This document shows, in pieces, positions 24,709-37,487 of a stretch of DNA of 64,000 nt. The position numbers and the translations under genes are program-made. Within the stretch, counting starts at the first letter, position 1. Each line of letters opens with the position of its first letter. This DNA comes from Peribolospora baueri (lineage: Eukaryota), in NCBI GenBank assembly GCA_029717555.1, contig JAMDHS010000025.1, forward strand, positions 186,001 through 250,000, read 5' to 3'. The notes beneath the pieces are model-generated. The model had not been told where the DNA came from. It worked only from the letters and a program-made list of their open reading frames with translations, and ran no database searches.

Positions 24709-26197
24709 ATGTCCACCGCAGACCTTCCCCAGACGACGCCGTGCCTTATTGCGCCACGCAAGAAAGGCGGCTTCCATCTCGCCGACCTCCGTCTGCGCCC
24801 TCTCCGCTCGGACGAGGCGCTTGTAGAGGTCGTCGCCTGCGGGCTCTGTCACTCTGACCTCAGCGCGGAGGAGGGCGGCATGCCTGTCAGCTTTCCTGGC
24901 GTGTTCGGGTGAGCTGGCGCCGTGCGCTGTCCATGCTCGCCCCCCGCCCGGCTGACTCTCCTCCTGCCGCCAGCCACGAAGGCGCGGCTCTCACGCTTTC
25001 CCACCCCTCCCTCCCGCCCAAGACGCCCGTCTTGCTCTCCTTCTCTTCCTGCTCAGACTGCAGGACCTGCCGGCGTGGACACCCCGCCTACTGCGACACG
25101 TGGATCCCGATGAACTTTTTTGGGCATACCATGGGGGAGATGATTGACGGGACTGGGGCCAAAGATGGAGGCGAGGTCAAGGGGAGGTTCTTTGGACAGA
25201 GCAGCTTTGCGAGGTACGCGATCGTGCACCTCAGCTCGGTGAGTGGCGGACCGTCAAACAAGATTTCCTCTGCGCGCCATTCATTCTCACCGCCCGACCC
25301 CCAGATCATCCCCCTCCCGCCCAGTACGCCCCATTCCCTTCTCCCGACCTACGCCCCCCTCGGCTGCGGTCTCCAAACGGGCGCGGGCACGATGCTCAAC
25401 GTGCTCAAGCCTCTGCCTGGCGATTCGGTCGCCGTCTGGGGTCTCGGAGCCGTCGGAATGGGCGCTGTCATGGCGAGCAAGGTGGGTTTCGCGGGCCGAG
25501 GCCCCGCCCGACTCACCGACTAACCCAAACGCGCCTGCGACTTCTCCTCCCGGCAGCTCACCCCAGCGTCGACGATCATCGCCGTCGACATCTCCCCCTC
25601 GCGGCTCCAACTCGCCAAGGAGCTAGGAGCGACGCACACCATCGACGGTTCTATAGACGCGCAGGAGCTCAAGGCAAAGGTGCTCGAGGCCACGGGAGGA
25701 AGGGGCGTGGATTGGATCGTGGAATGCACGGGCGTTGGTAAGGGTGAGTTTGGAAGTGTGCCGACGGCGTTTCTCCTTCATTGACGCCGAGCTCACTCGC
25801 CCACCCTACCGTCGGTCAGTCGTCAACTCGCTCCCTGCCCTCCTCGCCAGGCTCGGCACGCTTTGCTCGGTCGGTTCGCCTCCCTTCGGCGTCACGCTCA
25901 GCATCGAGGTGGCCACTTTTATCCCGAACGGAGGCAGGTATACCACCAGCTGTATGGGCGACGCCGTGCCCAAGGACGTGAGCGCCGTGGGCTTATCTCT
26001 CAGTCCTTCATCGGATCGCGCTCATCGCATCTCTTCGCCGCCCTCAGTTCCTGCCCTTCCTCATTTCGCTCCACCAACGCGGCCTCTTCCCGATAGACAA
26101 GCTTATCAAGACGTTCCGCTTCGCCGATCAGTTCGACGATGCCGTGCAGGCCATGAAGAATGGCGAGGTTATCAAGCCAGTCTTGCTTTGGGAATGA
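24709..26197 (+). CDS. Zn-dependent medium-chain alcohol dehydrogenase (aryl/benzyl-alcohol dehydrogenase-like, multi-exon)
   Basis: ACGLCHSD, FG|HEGA, structural-Zn CSDCRTCRRGHPAYC, FFGQSSFA, APLGCGLQTGAG, GLGAVG, C-terminal GEVIKPVLLW. Confidence 0.92.
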
Positions 26198-26394
26198 ATC
26201 AGTGCTGGCGAGAGAGGAGATGGCGATCGGGGAGTGGATTGGTGACAGTAGGGGCTGGATTGGTAACGATGGAGGAGGAATGGAATAGACTAGGAAGGAA
26301 ATCTATTTATTTATACTCGCATCCCGACTGGACTGGCCCGTTCTAAAGCCACTCTTCACATACCGTTCTCCTCGGCCGTTCTCCCGATGGGAGC

Positions 26395-27191
26395 TTAGTT
26401 GCCCTCCAGAGTGCCCTTCACCACCTTGCTCACCAACTGTCCCGGCGCCTGAGCCTTGTCCACCTTGGCGTTGACCTCTTTAATCACCCTGCCCACCCCT
26501 CCCTTCATGCCTCTCACCGTGTCTATACCTCCCATCTCCTCGATCACGCCCCTCACCACCTCCTCCAGCACGCTCTCGCTCATCTGCTCCGGCAAGAACG
26601 ACTTGATCACCTCCGTCTCCCGCTCCTCTTTCTCCGCCAGATCTTCCCGCGGAGGCACGGAGGAACGAAAGATGGAGGCCGAGTCGAGGCGGCGTGCGAC
26701 GGCCTTTTGGAGGATCGAGGAGAAAAAGACGGCTTTGTTGGAGGCGGACTTTTCGGCGTACTGAATTTCAGAGAGGATAGACTGTGACATGAAAGCAGGG
26801 GGGGGGGGGGGTTGTCGGATCACGTCGGCCAGTGTCCACTCTCACATACATGCCCCCGATACTACCTTTGCTTCGACCGAAAAACTCACCCGAATCACGG
26901 TACTCTTAAACGCATCCTTGGCCCTCATCGACGCCTTGAGCTCTTCCTTAAGTCGCACTTGCAAACCATCGTCCGCAGATGGCTTAGCCGCCTCTTGTCG
27001 GCAAACACAGGATGCTGAAGGAACGGGAGGGATCAGGGCGAATTAGTTGTGAGAAGAATTGGAAATTTGTGGAATGCCAAGTGAGCCGCGGGCTCACTTG
27101 AGAAGAAGGACCGGGGTGAAGCGAGCGATGGCAAAGGAAAAATCGCTTTGGCCGGGAACGGCCTTCGCAAGAAGGAGACTCTCAAAGACAT
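26395..27191 (-). CDS. AIM41: Mitochondrial GatB/YqeY-domain protein Aim41 (3 exons)
   Basis: Arg/Ser-rich presequence, then LKASMRAKDAFKSTVIR|SILSEIQYAEK...REDLAEKEERETEVIKSFLPEQMSE. Confidence 0.85.
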
Positions 27192-27441
27192 GTTCTTCTT
27201 GACGAGAGAAAATGGGAAAGGAGGACTGCAGGTGCTGGAAGAAGCCTCGCCGATCGTCTCCGCGGCCTTGCCGTCGGTCACGTGCCGAACCGACTCGATC
27301 GTGATCGTCACGACGAACCGACACACCATCACCTCCAACCCGAAAGCCGTCTGGTCTGGCTCCAATCCGTCCGTTTCCCTCGTCCTCGCTTCGCTTTTGC
27401 CTGCTCGGATCGACCACCACCCTCTCGTCCGCCTGCACACC

Positions 27442-28386
27442 ATGTTCGGCACCTCTGCGCGCGCCCAATCCTCAACGGCGATTAAGCGCCTCATGGTGGA
27501 GTACAAACAGCTCTGCAACGACGAGGACAGCCTGTTCCCTGCCGTTGGACCGGTCAGTGAAGACAACTTTCTTGTTTGGGAGGCGTTACTTCCGGGCCCG
27601 GAGGACACGCCGTTTGAGGGGGGAGTGTTCAGCGCCACATTGACTTTTCGTGAGTCGCCGGAAGAGACCCTGTTCGTCAGCCTCTTGGCGGTCACCTTCA
27701 TGGCTTATTGTGATGGACCGTCGACGGTGCTCATCGTGTCCTTTACATGTCACCTTGCCCACTTACCCATCAGCTCGAGACTATCCGCTTAATCCTCCCG
27801 TTATGAAGTTTGATCCGCCGATCTTCCACCCGAACAGTGAGTGTTTCGATTAACCACCGCTTCCCTGCTTGCCCCGATGTCTCCAAGTCGCTCTCCCCTC
27901 ATTCCGCCCATCCCCGACCAGTCTACCCGGATGGTACGGTCTGCATCTCCATTCTTCATTCGCCAGGAGAGGACCCGAACATGTACGAGTCCTCTTCCGA
28001 ACGCTGGTCGCCCATCCAGAGCGTCGAGAAGATTCTACTGAGCGTGCTCAGCATGTTGGCCGAGCCCAACGTCGAGAGTGGGTGTTTGATCTGTTGTCTC
28101 GCGTCGGTTTGGTTAATCTGTGGGACTGGATGGGGCTGGGCCGTTGCTGATGGCATGAATCTTGTCTTACCTTCTCCCCTTCCCCTCTGTCCCTTCGTCC
28201 GTCTTCTCAGGCGGGGCGAACCTTGATGCATGTGTGAGTAGCCTCTCGTTCCCGCTGACGCCGCCTCTCCATACGACCCTCTTCACGACGTCCTATTTTC
28301 CACCCTCACAGAAGGTTTACCGAACCGATCGAGCAGAGTACGAGCGCATCGTACGAGACATGGTCAAGCAGCAGCTCGGGCTCTGA
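27442..28386 (+). CDS. UBC7: Ubiquitin-conjugating enzyme E2 Ubc7/UBE2G2 (5 exons, including the 23-nt exon 28211-28233)
   Basis: [28 protein letters not shown]|[42 protein letters not shown] (acidic-loop E2). Confidence 0.95.
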
Positions 28387-28960
28387 AGACCGTCCGTCCT
28401 CAACGTGCATGCGTCAGTTGAAGCTTTGGGGAAGACTAGCCGACGACGTATCGTGTCGTTTCGTTTCGTATATGTCGTGTCGTGTCGTGCCGCCGCCTTC
28501 CGGGACATTGAGACAAGGTCACCGCTCTTGCCTTTCGCCTCTTACCTTTCGCCTCTTGTACTTTTACTCGGAAAGAGGTGTGTGCATCTGCATGCCCATG
28601 CATGTCCACATACGTATGCCCCTCCAAGTTCCCATGCCGACCCTCACCCTCTTCCCAGCCGTTCACGATCGTCCGCGTCCGTCCGCTCGCGAGCGTTTAA
28701 ACCGGAGGTAAGGTGGTATCGTGCAAAGTCGGTGGCGGGCCGGGAGTGACGGGACGGGCGGGGGGCGAGCTGTGGCCACTGTGTAGCGGATCAGTCAACG
28801 ACACCGATCTTTGGTCCGCGTTATCGGCGGAGCGTTGAATAGCGTCGGGTAAAGGAAGGAAGGCTGATAGGACGGAGCATGGGAGGTAGCGACGTGTCCG
28901 CTCATGCTTACGTTCGAAAAGGGATTGGCAACGGTCTGTTGAGGAGGAGCACGGTAGTTT

Positions 28961-31900
28961 CTAATATACAGCCCCGCTGGCCGCCTGCCCTCCCGAGCCG
29001 AGGCGCCGCTCACCGGAAGGGGCGTCAGAAATAGACCGACACTCGAAGCTCTTCGCTTTCTTGACGCGCCCGCCGCCGCCGCCGCCACCACCACCGATGT
29101 AATGCGCTTGTTGAGGGTAAGGACAGAGCTTTCGGGTAAAGTTAAGTCCGTGCTCGTAATACCCGTCGTTGTAGCTCGCCGCAACGACAAAGTCGGGCGT
29201 CCTGCCGTTCTCAGTCCACTGCACAAGCGCCTCGATGATGTCGTGCTCCGCATCAAAGGACAACGGGCGCATGCCGTATGCCGTCTGGGAGACGCCGCCA
29301 AAGTTACTCGCCGCATACGTGCCGCCTCGGCAGTGGTTCATGCCGGGCACGTAGAAGAGCCGGTAGTGGCTCGACAGCTCGCTGCCGGTAGCATTGTAGA
29401 GCGCCGGCGCGATGGACCGGTCCACCGCGTCGTAGTACCTCGCAGAGCCGCCGGGGGGGATGAGCTGCGAAGGGAAAACGAAGGGGAGAGAGGGAAGATG
29501 AGCGACTGGCCCGCCTGTTCGGGCGCGGACCGGCCGATAGGATAGGACCCCTCGCGCGCACGTTCGATTCGAAGGACTCACCTGGTCCGCCCAACCGTGG
29601 TACTGAATAATTTTTCCGCCCTTGGCAAAGAACGGCAGCAGGTTGCGGTCGTCGGCCTGGCCGCCGCCGGGGTTGATGCGGTCGCCGAGCTGGATGACGG
29701 TGAGGTTGGTGCCGATGCGAAAGGTGTCAAAGTTGGCGTACTGCTTCAGGGTGTTGCTCGTCGTCAGCCGGTCGGTGTAGTTGAGGACGTTGTACTTGTA
29801 GAAGCCGGGCGCTGCGGGAAACGGGATGCCCGCGTCGTTCGCCGCCCAGTCGTTCTCCGATCCCGGCATCAGGCCGTCGTAGATCTGCCGCAGCAACGGC
29901 GTCGAGGAGAGGGTGAGCCGCGTCGCGCATGACGGACGCTGACGAAAGGGTGCGACGGACGGCACTCACAAACGTCCCGTTCGTCTCGATGTACGGCGTG
30001 TACAACTGCGAGAGGACAGGTCGGAACGACGTCGTCAAACGAGTCAGTCAAGCCCGTCGCCGCCCGCCCCGTGCGATCGTCGACGCTCCCTCAAGCTCAC
30101 ATTGTACACCGTACGGATCTGCTCGCCAGTCAGACACGCGCTCGCGTTCCTGCCGCCCTTGGTACCGCAGAGGATGGCCTCCAGGCGGGGTTGGCAGACA
30201 CGAGGGTCAGCGATGATGCCATCGGTGACGCCGTCGATATGATCGCATTGGCGAAGCACCTCGGCATTGATGATCGAGTATAGCCAGGTGGGGATATAGG
30301 CGGGGGAACGGCGGTTGGACAGGTACGAATTGAGCTGGGCGTTGGCGGAAGGAGGCGGGAGGTACGGTCAGGTCAATGGGCAGTCCGAATGGGAAACGGG
30401 TACCCGACTCGCTCACCTTGATCTGGACGGCGTTGAGATGGCTGTAAAGGTTGGCGGGCGAGCCGGCGAGGATGCCGTCAAAATCGTCCGGGAACGCCTG
30501 AGCCTCCTTCAGCGCTGCACGGACATGAGATCACAAGGAGACGGGACGGGCGTACGATGAGGGCAACGTCGCTCGGGGTCCTTTCGTCCCAGAGAAGCCA
30601 AGCGATCGCGACGAGGGCGAGCGGGCGAGCGGGACGCACCTTGCCTACCGCCGGTGGAGCATCCAGCAAAGTAGCTGTAAAACCCGTTCTCCGCCTCCTT
30701 TCTCCGAGTGGCGCCTGACCCAGGTTCCGACGAGGCGCGGGGGGCGGAGGAAGAGTTGAATGGAGGTACGTCGTAGAACGTCGATACGATCTCCTTGGCA
30801 GCGACGGCCGAGCCGTGTACGGCGCGGTAGCCAAAGTCAATGCGCGACTCCACGTTGATCGCCCAGTCCGCCGACGAGGCCGAGCCGATGTGCCCGGTGT
30901 CTTTGGGAGGCGGAGGCGTACGAGGACGCATCAGCATGTGCCAAGCACCGCCACGGAGGAGGCAAAAAACGGGACTCACTGGTGGAGACAACGGCGAAAT
31001 GGTGTCGTGCGAGTGCGAGCTTCATGTCAGGGTACTGTTGCGTGATTCCGCAAACGTGTGAGCCGCATTCAGTCCGTCAGTTCGTCCAGACATAGGCGAC
31101 GCGCCGCCCCCGCCGGCAAGCTCACCGAAACGCTCCCAGACTGGCCGCTGTTGCCGACCATGAGCATCCGGCCGTTCCAAGCGCCCTCCACCAGGTGTGG
31201 GTGTGACCTGGCGTACTTAGAGACCGAGGCGCCAGCGGGAGAATGAGCGGCCGTGAGAGGGAGCCAGACTTCGAAGAGGACCTGTGGAGCCGTAAAAGCG
31301 GGTGAGTTGAGCGTATTAATGCATTCCCCGCCCGTCTGCTCGCCCGTCCGTCAGCTCACAGAAGTCTCATTGCTGGTGACGACGCTGGCGCCAAACCTGC
31401 AAAACGCCGGAAGAGGCGGGTCGCTGGACCGGCTATTGTCGGGGTACGACACGACGGCGACCGTCTGACCCTGGTCGGCGGTCCCGTTGACGAGCGTGGG
31501 CGGGCCTATGGCACCTACTTTAAAGCTTTCCGCGATGGCTCGGACGTCGGTTGCGCCGTCGGGGATATGGCCGTCGGGGGGAACGGCGTACGAGTTTCCG
31601 GAGCCGCCCGGGCCAGGGGAAGGGACCGGGTTCTGGAGGAAGCCAGCGCCAGGATCGGTGGTAGTGGCGTTCGAGGCCGTGGCCAGGCCGAGGCCAGAGA
31701 GGACGAGGTCCGAGTACGAGGGGCTGCTCCTGGGCGGGTAGAGACGAGCAAATGGCCTCACGAGCTCGAGGCCGTGCTTGCCGAGGACTAGGGCGGGGAC
31801 GGTGGAGATGAGGGACTGACAGTAGTTGGCGTGTAAGGAAAAGTCGGGGAGATGGGCGGTCGGCCGCGGGGTCGGCATGAGCTCGACAGTCGAGGTGAGC

Positions 31901-32094
31901 GAGGTGTGGGCGGCGTCGGAAGGGTGGGAGGACGATGTGGGCGAAGAAGGGGCCGGGGTGGCCAAGGGGTCAGTGCTGTTTGACGGGTCATATTGCCGAA
32001 CGGTGTAGCGGAGCCCCGAGTCGAGTGCTGACGAGGAGGGAGGGAAGGCTAGAGCGGGGGCGAGAAGAAGGGGAAGGAGGATGAGGGGGAGCAT
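28961..32094 (-). CDS. Secreted tannase/feruloyl esterase family protein (multi-exon)
   Basis: Signal peptide MLPLILLPLLLAPALA. Catalytic CS-D-HC motifs GCSTGGRQG, YHGWADQ and PGMNHCRGG. C-terminal TRKLCPYPQ. Confidence 0.92.
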
Positions 32095-32261
32095 GGCGAT
32101 TGCGAGGCCAGGGTTCTCCGTTGTCGAAAAAAAAGGGCCGAGGTGAAAAAGTGGAGATGGGAGGCGACGGGGGGAAGAGATGAGGCGGCGAAGGTCGGCC
32201 ACTGAACCGAACAACACGGCGCCGTGAGGTCAGTGGGGTGGAGAGAAGGGAAGGAGCAAGT

Positions 32262-32878
32262 TAAAAATGATTGAGCACGATCCGCCGGGCGGGCCGCACT
32301 CAGTGGGAGTTCCCTACCTATGCTTCTTACTGAAGACGGCTGGGGCCGAACCGAGGCGATTAGACGTAAAGTAAGTTGGGAGAAGGAGAAAGAGAGGGAA
32401 GGAGGGACAGGCGAAGGGGAAGACAAGCACATCCGACGGCGGCGGGGTCCGCCGTGAAGCCCCGGCCGCGATGCCGGGGCGAGTGACTTTTTGGCAGCCA
32501 AGGCACGCCCGACCGGCCACCCCGTCGATCACCCAGTGCCCCCGACTAGGGCGCCGTTGTGCCTCGCCCAGTGCCTGGCGAAGCGTCGAGCAGAGGACCC
32601 ATGGCTAGGAGGGACAGACAAATGAGCGGAGATGGCGAACGGGACGACAGAAGGTGACGGAGCACGTCTGCCCGCGTTCCGGAGGCGATCCGTGATCGTC
32701 GTCGGCTTCGATCAGTCTTGCTTGTGCGACCTCGTTGCTTGTGCGACCCTCGGGCTTGTGCGACCCTCGGCGTCTCGGAGTCCGACGAAATGGTCCCGTC
32801 GCGAGGCGTAAAAAATGATTGAGCACGATCGGTCGGGCGGGCCGCAATCAGTGGGAGTTCCCTACCTATGCTTCCTAC
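32262..32878. repeat. Dispersed ~68-bp direct repeat (32262-32330 and ~32810-32878) plus 3x17-bp tandem repeat (32720-32770)
   Basis: AAAAATGATTGAGCACGATC...GGGCGGGCCGCA.TCAGTGGGAGTTCCCTACCTATGCTTC.TAC occurs twice. GCTTGTGCGACC(C)TCG occurs three times. Confidence 0.9.
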
Positions 32879-33062
32879 CTTGCCGCAACCACCCCCGCCG
32901 ACGACCCCCTCCAGTGGAAAGGAAGCTCGAGGCATTTTCTCAAGCAGTCTTCCGCCTTCTCGGGGCAACGAACGGTCCGCTAGAGTCTTACTGCTAGGAC
33001 CTCGGCGATGTCGTCAGGCTCGCCAGTATATAGATCCGACAGGGAAAAGGACAGCCTGTCGT

Positions 33063-33502
33063 CTTATCTCTCATCCACTCGGCTTCCAACGCGTACAGAC
33101 AGCATCGCCGACGACCGACGCTCGGGCTCGATTGACAACTAACCGCCTCCATTGACCGAGTCGTCTCGTCGCACCCGAACCACAGCTTCGCCAGTCTTCC
33201 TCCCCGATCGCTTCCCAGCCTCTCTCGATTCGCTTCGTCGTCGCTTATCAACGTTGACATGATTTTCCTGGCTAATCTATCTGCATATCTATGCATCCGC
33301 TCCATGTCCCAGTCCTATCAGTCTTCGGAGCTCTGATCATGTCTCGCCTGCGCCCACTCGGTCACCTTCCTCCGTCGTCAACGATCCTGCTTATCGAACC
33401 CATGGAAGAAGCCAGATCTGCTCTGGCCTTCCCTTTCTTCGAAGGCTCCGTTCAAGTCCACCGTGTTTGCCGTGCCGTACGATCCGATCGAGAGGTCTTA
33501 TC
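33063..33502 (-). promoter_or_regulatory. Cluster of four GATAAG (CTTATC) sites upstream of DUR3
   Basis: CTTATC at 33063, 33244, 33390 and 33497, all in the same orientation, with further GATA cores nearby. Confidence 0.65.
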
Positions 33503-33882
33503 GGGTACATGACTTGACTTACGTATCCCTTGGACAGTGGCTTCTCTCTGGAAAACGACTTGGACCCTCCTCGCTCCCGAGTCATACGGATATCTAGAAC
33601 CGCTCCTCAGAGCGGCAGGAGATAGGATAGCCGGAGTTAGGAGCGTCAAGGAGATGGCGATGGTGGGTCGGGGGGCGGGGAGGTCGTTTCTTCTTAAGCA
33701 CCCCCGTCGGTTACCCCGTCGTCGGGCCAGATTCAAGACGCCCCCCCCCCCCCTCAATCGCTCCTTCCTCGTATTCAGACGTCCAGCAGCGTACGCCGCT
33801 GCCTAGCCCTTCGAGCGGTTTCCCTCGCTCCCCCGCCGCCTTCTCGATCTGCGCCGACGGCTTCGTCTCAGTTGCAAAGGTC

Positions 33883-36800
33883 ATGTCCGCCTCCGCCATC
33901 GCTTCGGCCACGGCCTCGGCCTCCGCCGCGCTGACCTCCCACCCAGCCGGCGCGGCCGAGTTTCACACCTACCTCTCCCAGGGCGTCGGCTACGGCGTCG
34001 TCCTGGGCGTAGGCTTCTTCTTTGCAGCCCTCATGATCGCCTTCACCTGGATGCAGAACAAGTTCACTAACCGTAACACCCGAGGCGCCGAAGAATTCGT
34101 CAGCGCGAGCAGGAGTGTCAAGGCGGGTCTAATTTGTACGGGCGTTGTGAGCGCTTGGGTGAGTACGGAGGCGAGAGGGAAAGCAGCGGGGGATTTGGCG
34201 TGCTCGAGCAGAGGAGGGCGAGGAGGTCCTATATGACTCGCTTCGCGTTGCTCACCTCTTCGCTTGCTCCTTTCTTCGACGCCAGACATGGTCGGCGACC
34301 CTCCTACAGTCCGCCACCGTCGCATATCAGGTGAGCAACCCGACCGCACAGCATCGTCTTCCACCCCATCGATGCCTCTGAAAATAATCCCCTCTCCCTT
34401 GTCTACCCGTCTCGCCTCCCGCGACCGATCAATCGGTACCAGTTCGGTGTCTCCGGCCCGTGGTGGTACGCCGTGGGCGGCACAGTACAGATCTGCCTCT
34501 TCTCCATCATCGCCTCCAAACTCAAGGCTAACGCTAGCGGCGCGACCACGTTCTTGGAGGTTGTCAGAGTTCGATTCGGAAAGGGGACGCATCTGGGTGA
34601 GTGGATGGCGAAGAGGGCGAAAGAGTTGAGTCCGTTTCCCCGTTGGTCTGACCATATCCGTGTCGTCGCGTCGCGCGCTGCTTCGTCCCTATAGTCTTCC
34701 TGGTCTACGCGCTGGCGACGAATCTCATCGTATGCGGCATCCTCCTCCTCGGCGGCAGCGCCACCGTGTCCGCTCTCACCGGCATGAACTCGATCGCTGC
34801 CAACTTCCTCATCCCGCTCGGTGAGTCTATCAAGCAGACGGCACGAGACTGAGGGTCGCGAGAGGCCGAGCCGTCGTTCCCCTGCGTCGCTTTCCTCCCG
34901 AGTTCTCACCGGACGCGACCCTCTTTCCTCGTTAGGCATCGTTGCGTATGTCATCGCCGGCGGCTTGAGGTCCACGTTCATATGCGATGTGAGTGTGCGC
35001 TATCTTCCGAACGCTAGTCTGCTCTTCGTTCAGCTGGTCCATTCTCTACTGGTTCCCGTCTGACCGGGCTTTCACCTTGCACAGTACACCCACACGGTGA
35101 TTCTCTTCATAGTCATCTACATTTTTATCTTCACCGCCTACGGCACCTCCCCCCTCATCGGCTCCCCCTCCAAGATGTACGATCTCCTCGAGGCGGCCGC
35201 CGTCGCCGCTCCTGTGCCGCTGAATAAGGACGGCTCGTATTTGACCATGAGAAGCGTAGACGGTGTCATGTTCGCTGTCAGCACGCTCAGTAACGGGTTC
35301 AGTGGCGTTTTCTTGGACCAAGGTGAGCGGATTCTCAAGTAGAGGCTCGGGCAGACTGCGATTCTCGCGCCCGTTGGGCACGCGTCGCTCATTTTTTCAC
35401 TCTTGACACCTCGTCGTATGACAGGCTACTTCCAGCGCGCCATCGCCTCTGAGCCTCGCTCCACCACGAAGGCTTATATGCTCGGCGGTCTCTCCTGGTT
35501 CAGGTGAGCCTACGCTCTCTCTCTACCTCTTCCGACGCTGGAGCGCCAACGGTCGTTCGTTCATGCACGAGCGAGCTGACACGATGCTTCCCTTCGGTCG
35601 TTACACCACCTCACCTTCCGCTCGTAGCGTCCCCTTCGCCTTTGCAACCACTCTCGGCCTGGCCGGACGTGCGCTAATCTCCAACCCTGCCTTCCCCACC
35701 TACCCTTACGGCCTTTCCGCAAGCCAGCAGTCTGCTGGCCTGGCCGCTCCCGCGGGCGCCGTGGCGCTCATGGGTACTCACGGCGCCGCGGCCGTTCTCA
35801 TCGTCGTCTTCAGTAAGTTGTAGAGCGACCTTTCGAGAGCCATTCCTTTGAACCGCGTCGTTCTCTGCTCTTTTTGACCGGTGTCTTCATGCTGACACAC
35901 ATTGCCTCGGTTTTCCGTTCGCCTGCAGTGGCCGTCACAAGCGCTTCTTCCGCCGAGCTCATTGCCGTAAGCTCTCTAGGCGCCATCGATGTTAGTTTAC
36001 TCTTTTTTGCACCTTTGATGGAGACGCTCGAATCCCGTACACACGTCTCCGGCTAACTCTCGTTCCCTCGCATTGCTTCTTCCTCTGTTTTGCCCTCTTC
36101 TCGCAGGTTTACAAGACCTATTTCCGGCCAAAGGCGACGGGCGAAGAGATCGTGCGCGTCACTCACCTCCTGTGAGAACGAAGCGTCTCATCGTCCATCT
36201 TTTCAACGTCGTTGGCGGAAGAGGCTGATTCGAGTCGCGTTCATCCCTTTCTATCTCGATTCTTGTCTTGGGATGGAAAAGGATCGCCGCTTGGGGCGTC
36301 GTCATGGGAGTGTGAGTGTGCACGGCTTCGAGCTGGTTCTGACCGCGATTGACAGACTACTCACATGGTCCTCTTCGGTGCCCGCCCTCAGTTGGTCTAC
36401 TATCCTTTATGTCGCCGGGATAGACCTCGGTTGGCTCTTCTACTTCATGTCCGTCATCCTCGGTCCGGCCGTCGTGCCAATCTTTCTGGCATGCGTATGG
36501 CGTAAGGCTACCAGAATCGGCGTCCTGGCCGGGGCGCTCGGAGGCCCCTGCTTCGCACTCCCCATCTGGCTCGGAGTCGCCTATCATGACTATGGACAAG
36601 TCACCGTCGCCTCCTCGGGCGCGTTGGTGAGTGAACCATCTCGCTCGCTCTTCTTTTTCTTTCCAGCACACACACGAACTCACGTCCGGCGCCGTGTCCT
36701 CGTTGGCCCCAACAGCGCCCGGCCATGTCTGGCTCCTTGGCGGCCATCATGATGGGCGGAATCCTGTCGGTGGGCGTGAGCTGGCTCAAGCCGGACGACT

Positions 36801-37487
36801 ACGACTTTGCTGAGACGCGCGCGATCCGCATGATCGACAATGTTGCGGCGGCCGCCGCCGCTGCGACACACGTCGAGCGCTGCCCGACGCCGACGGGCTC
36901 CAAAGAAGGAGAGGGAGAGAAGGCAGGGCGACAGTCGACAGAGAAGGATGTCCCTTCGGCGTCTTCCGGTGTTCCTTCCCCGACGGTGACGGCGGTGGTG
37001 GCGCAGGCGACGACCAACGACGTGGAAGTGGAGAAGCAGATGGAGCAGCTGGAGGAGGAGAGGGATATGCTCCACCGGTCTTACATCCGTGGAATCATTT
37101 ACTCCTTCATTGCCTCAGCGCTCGTCATCATCTTCCCGCTCGTCCTGTTCGTCTGCGATTGGAAGTTCAACAAGGTGAGCAGAATTCTGCGGAGGCGAAA
37201 CTGTGTCTGTCACCTTTGCCTTGGCCCTCCCGCATGATCCGCTGACGAGAACGTCCTCTTCTTCCTCCTCTCACCTCGTACAAAAGCCTTTCTGGACCTT
37301 CTGGGTGGTCCTCTCCATCATCTGGGTCCTCTGCGCCGGCTTCTTCTGCATCATCCTCCCCTTATGGGAGTCTCGCCAAGCGCTCTGGGCGATCGCAAAG
37401 GGGCTCGTTCGCATGGCTTCTGCTCGTCCACGCGCGAGCCCGTCCGGGACAGCCACCGGGGGGAGGGATGACAGCTCGGGGCTTTGA
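33883..37487 (+). CDS. DUR3: Urea active transporter Dur3 (sodium:solute symporter family, ~13 introns)
   Basis: [99 protein letters not shown]. Confidence 0.93.

Noticed and set aside
28451..28489. (TCGTG/TCGTT)n pentamer run after UBC7
   Set aside because: Ordinary short microsatellite in a 3' UTR.
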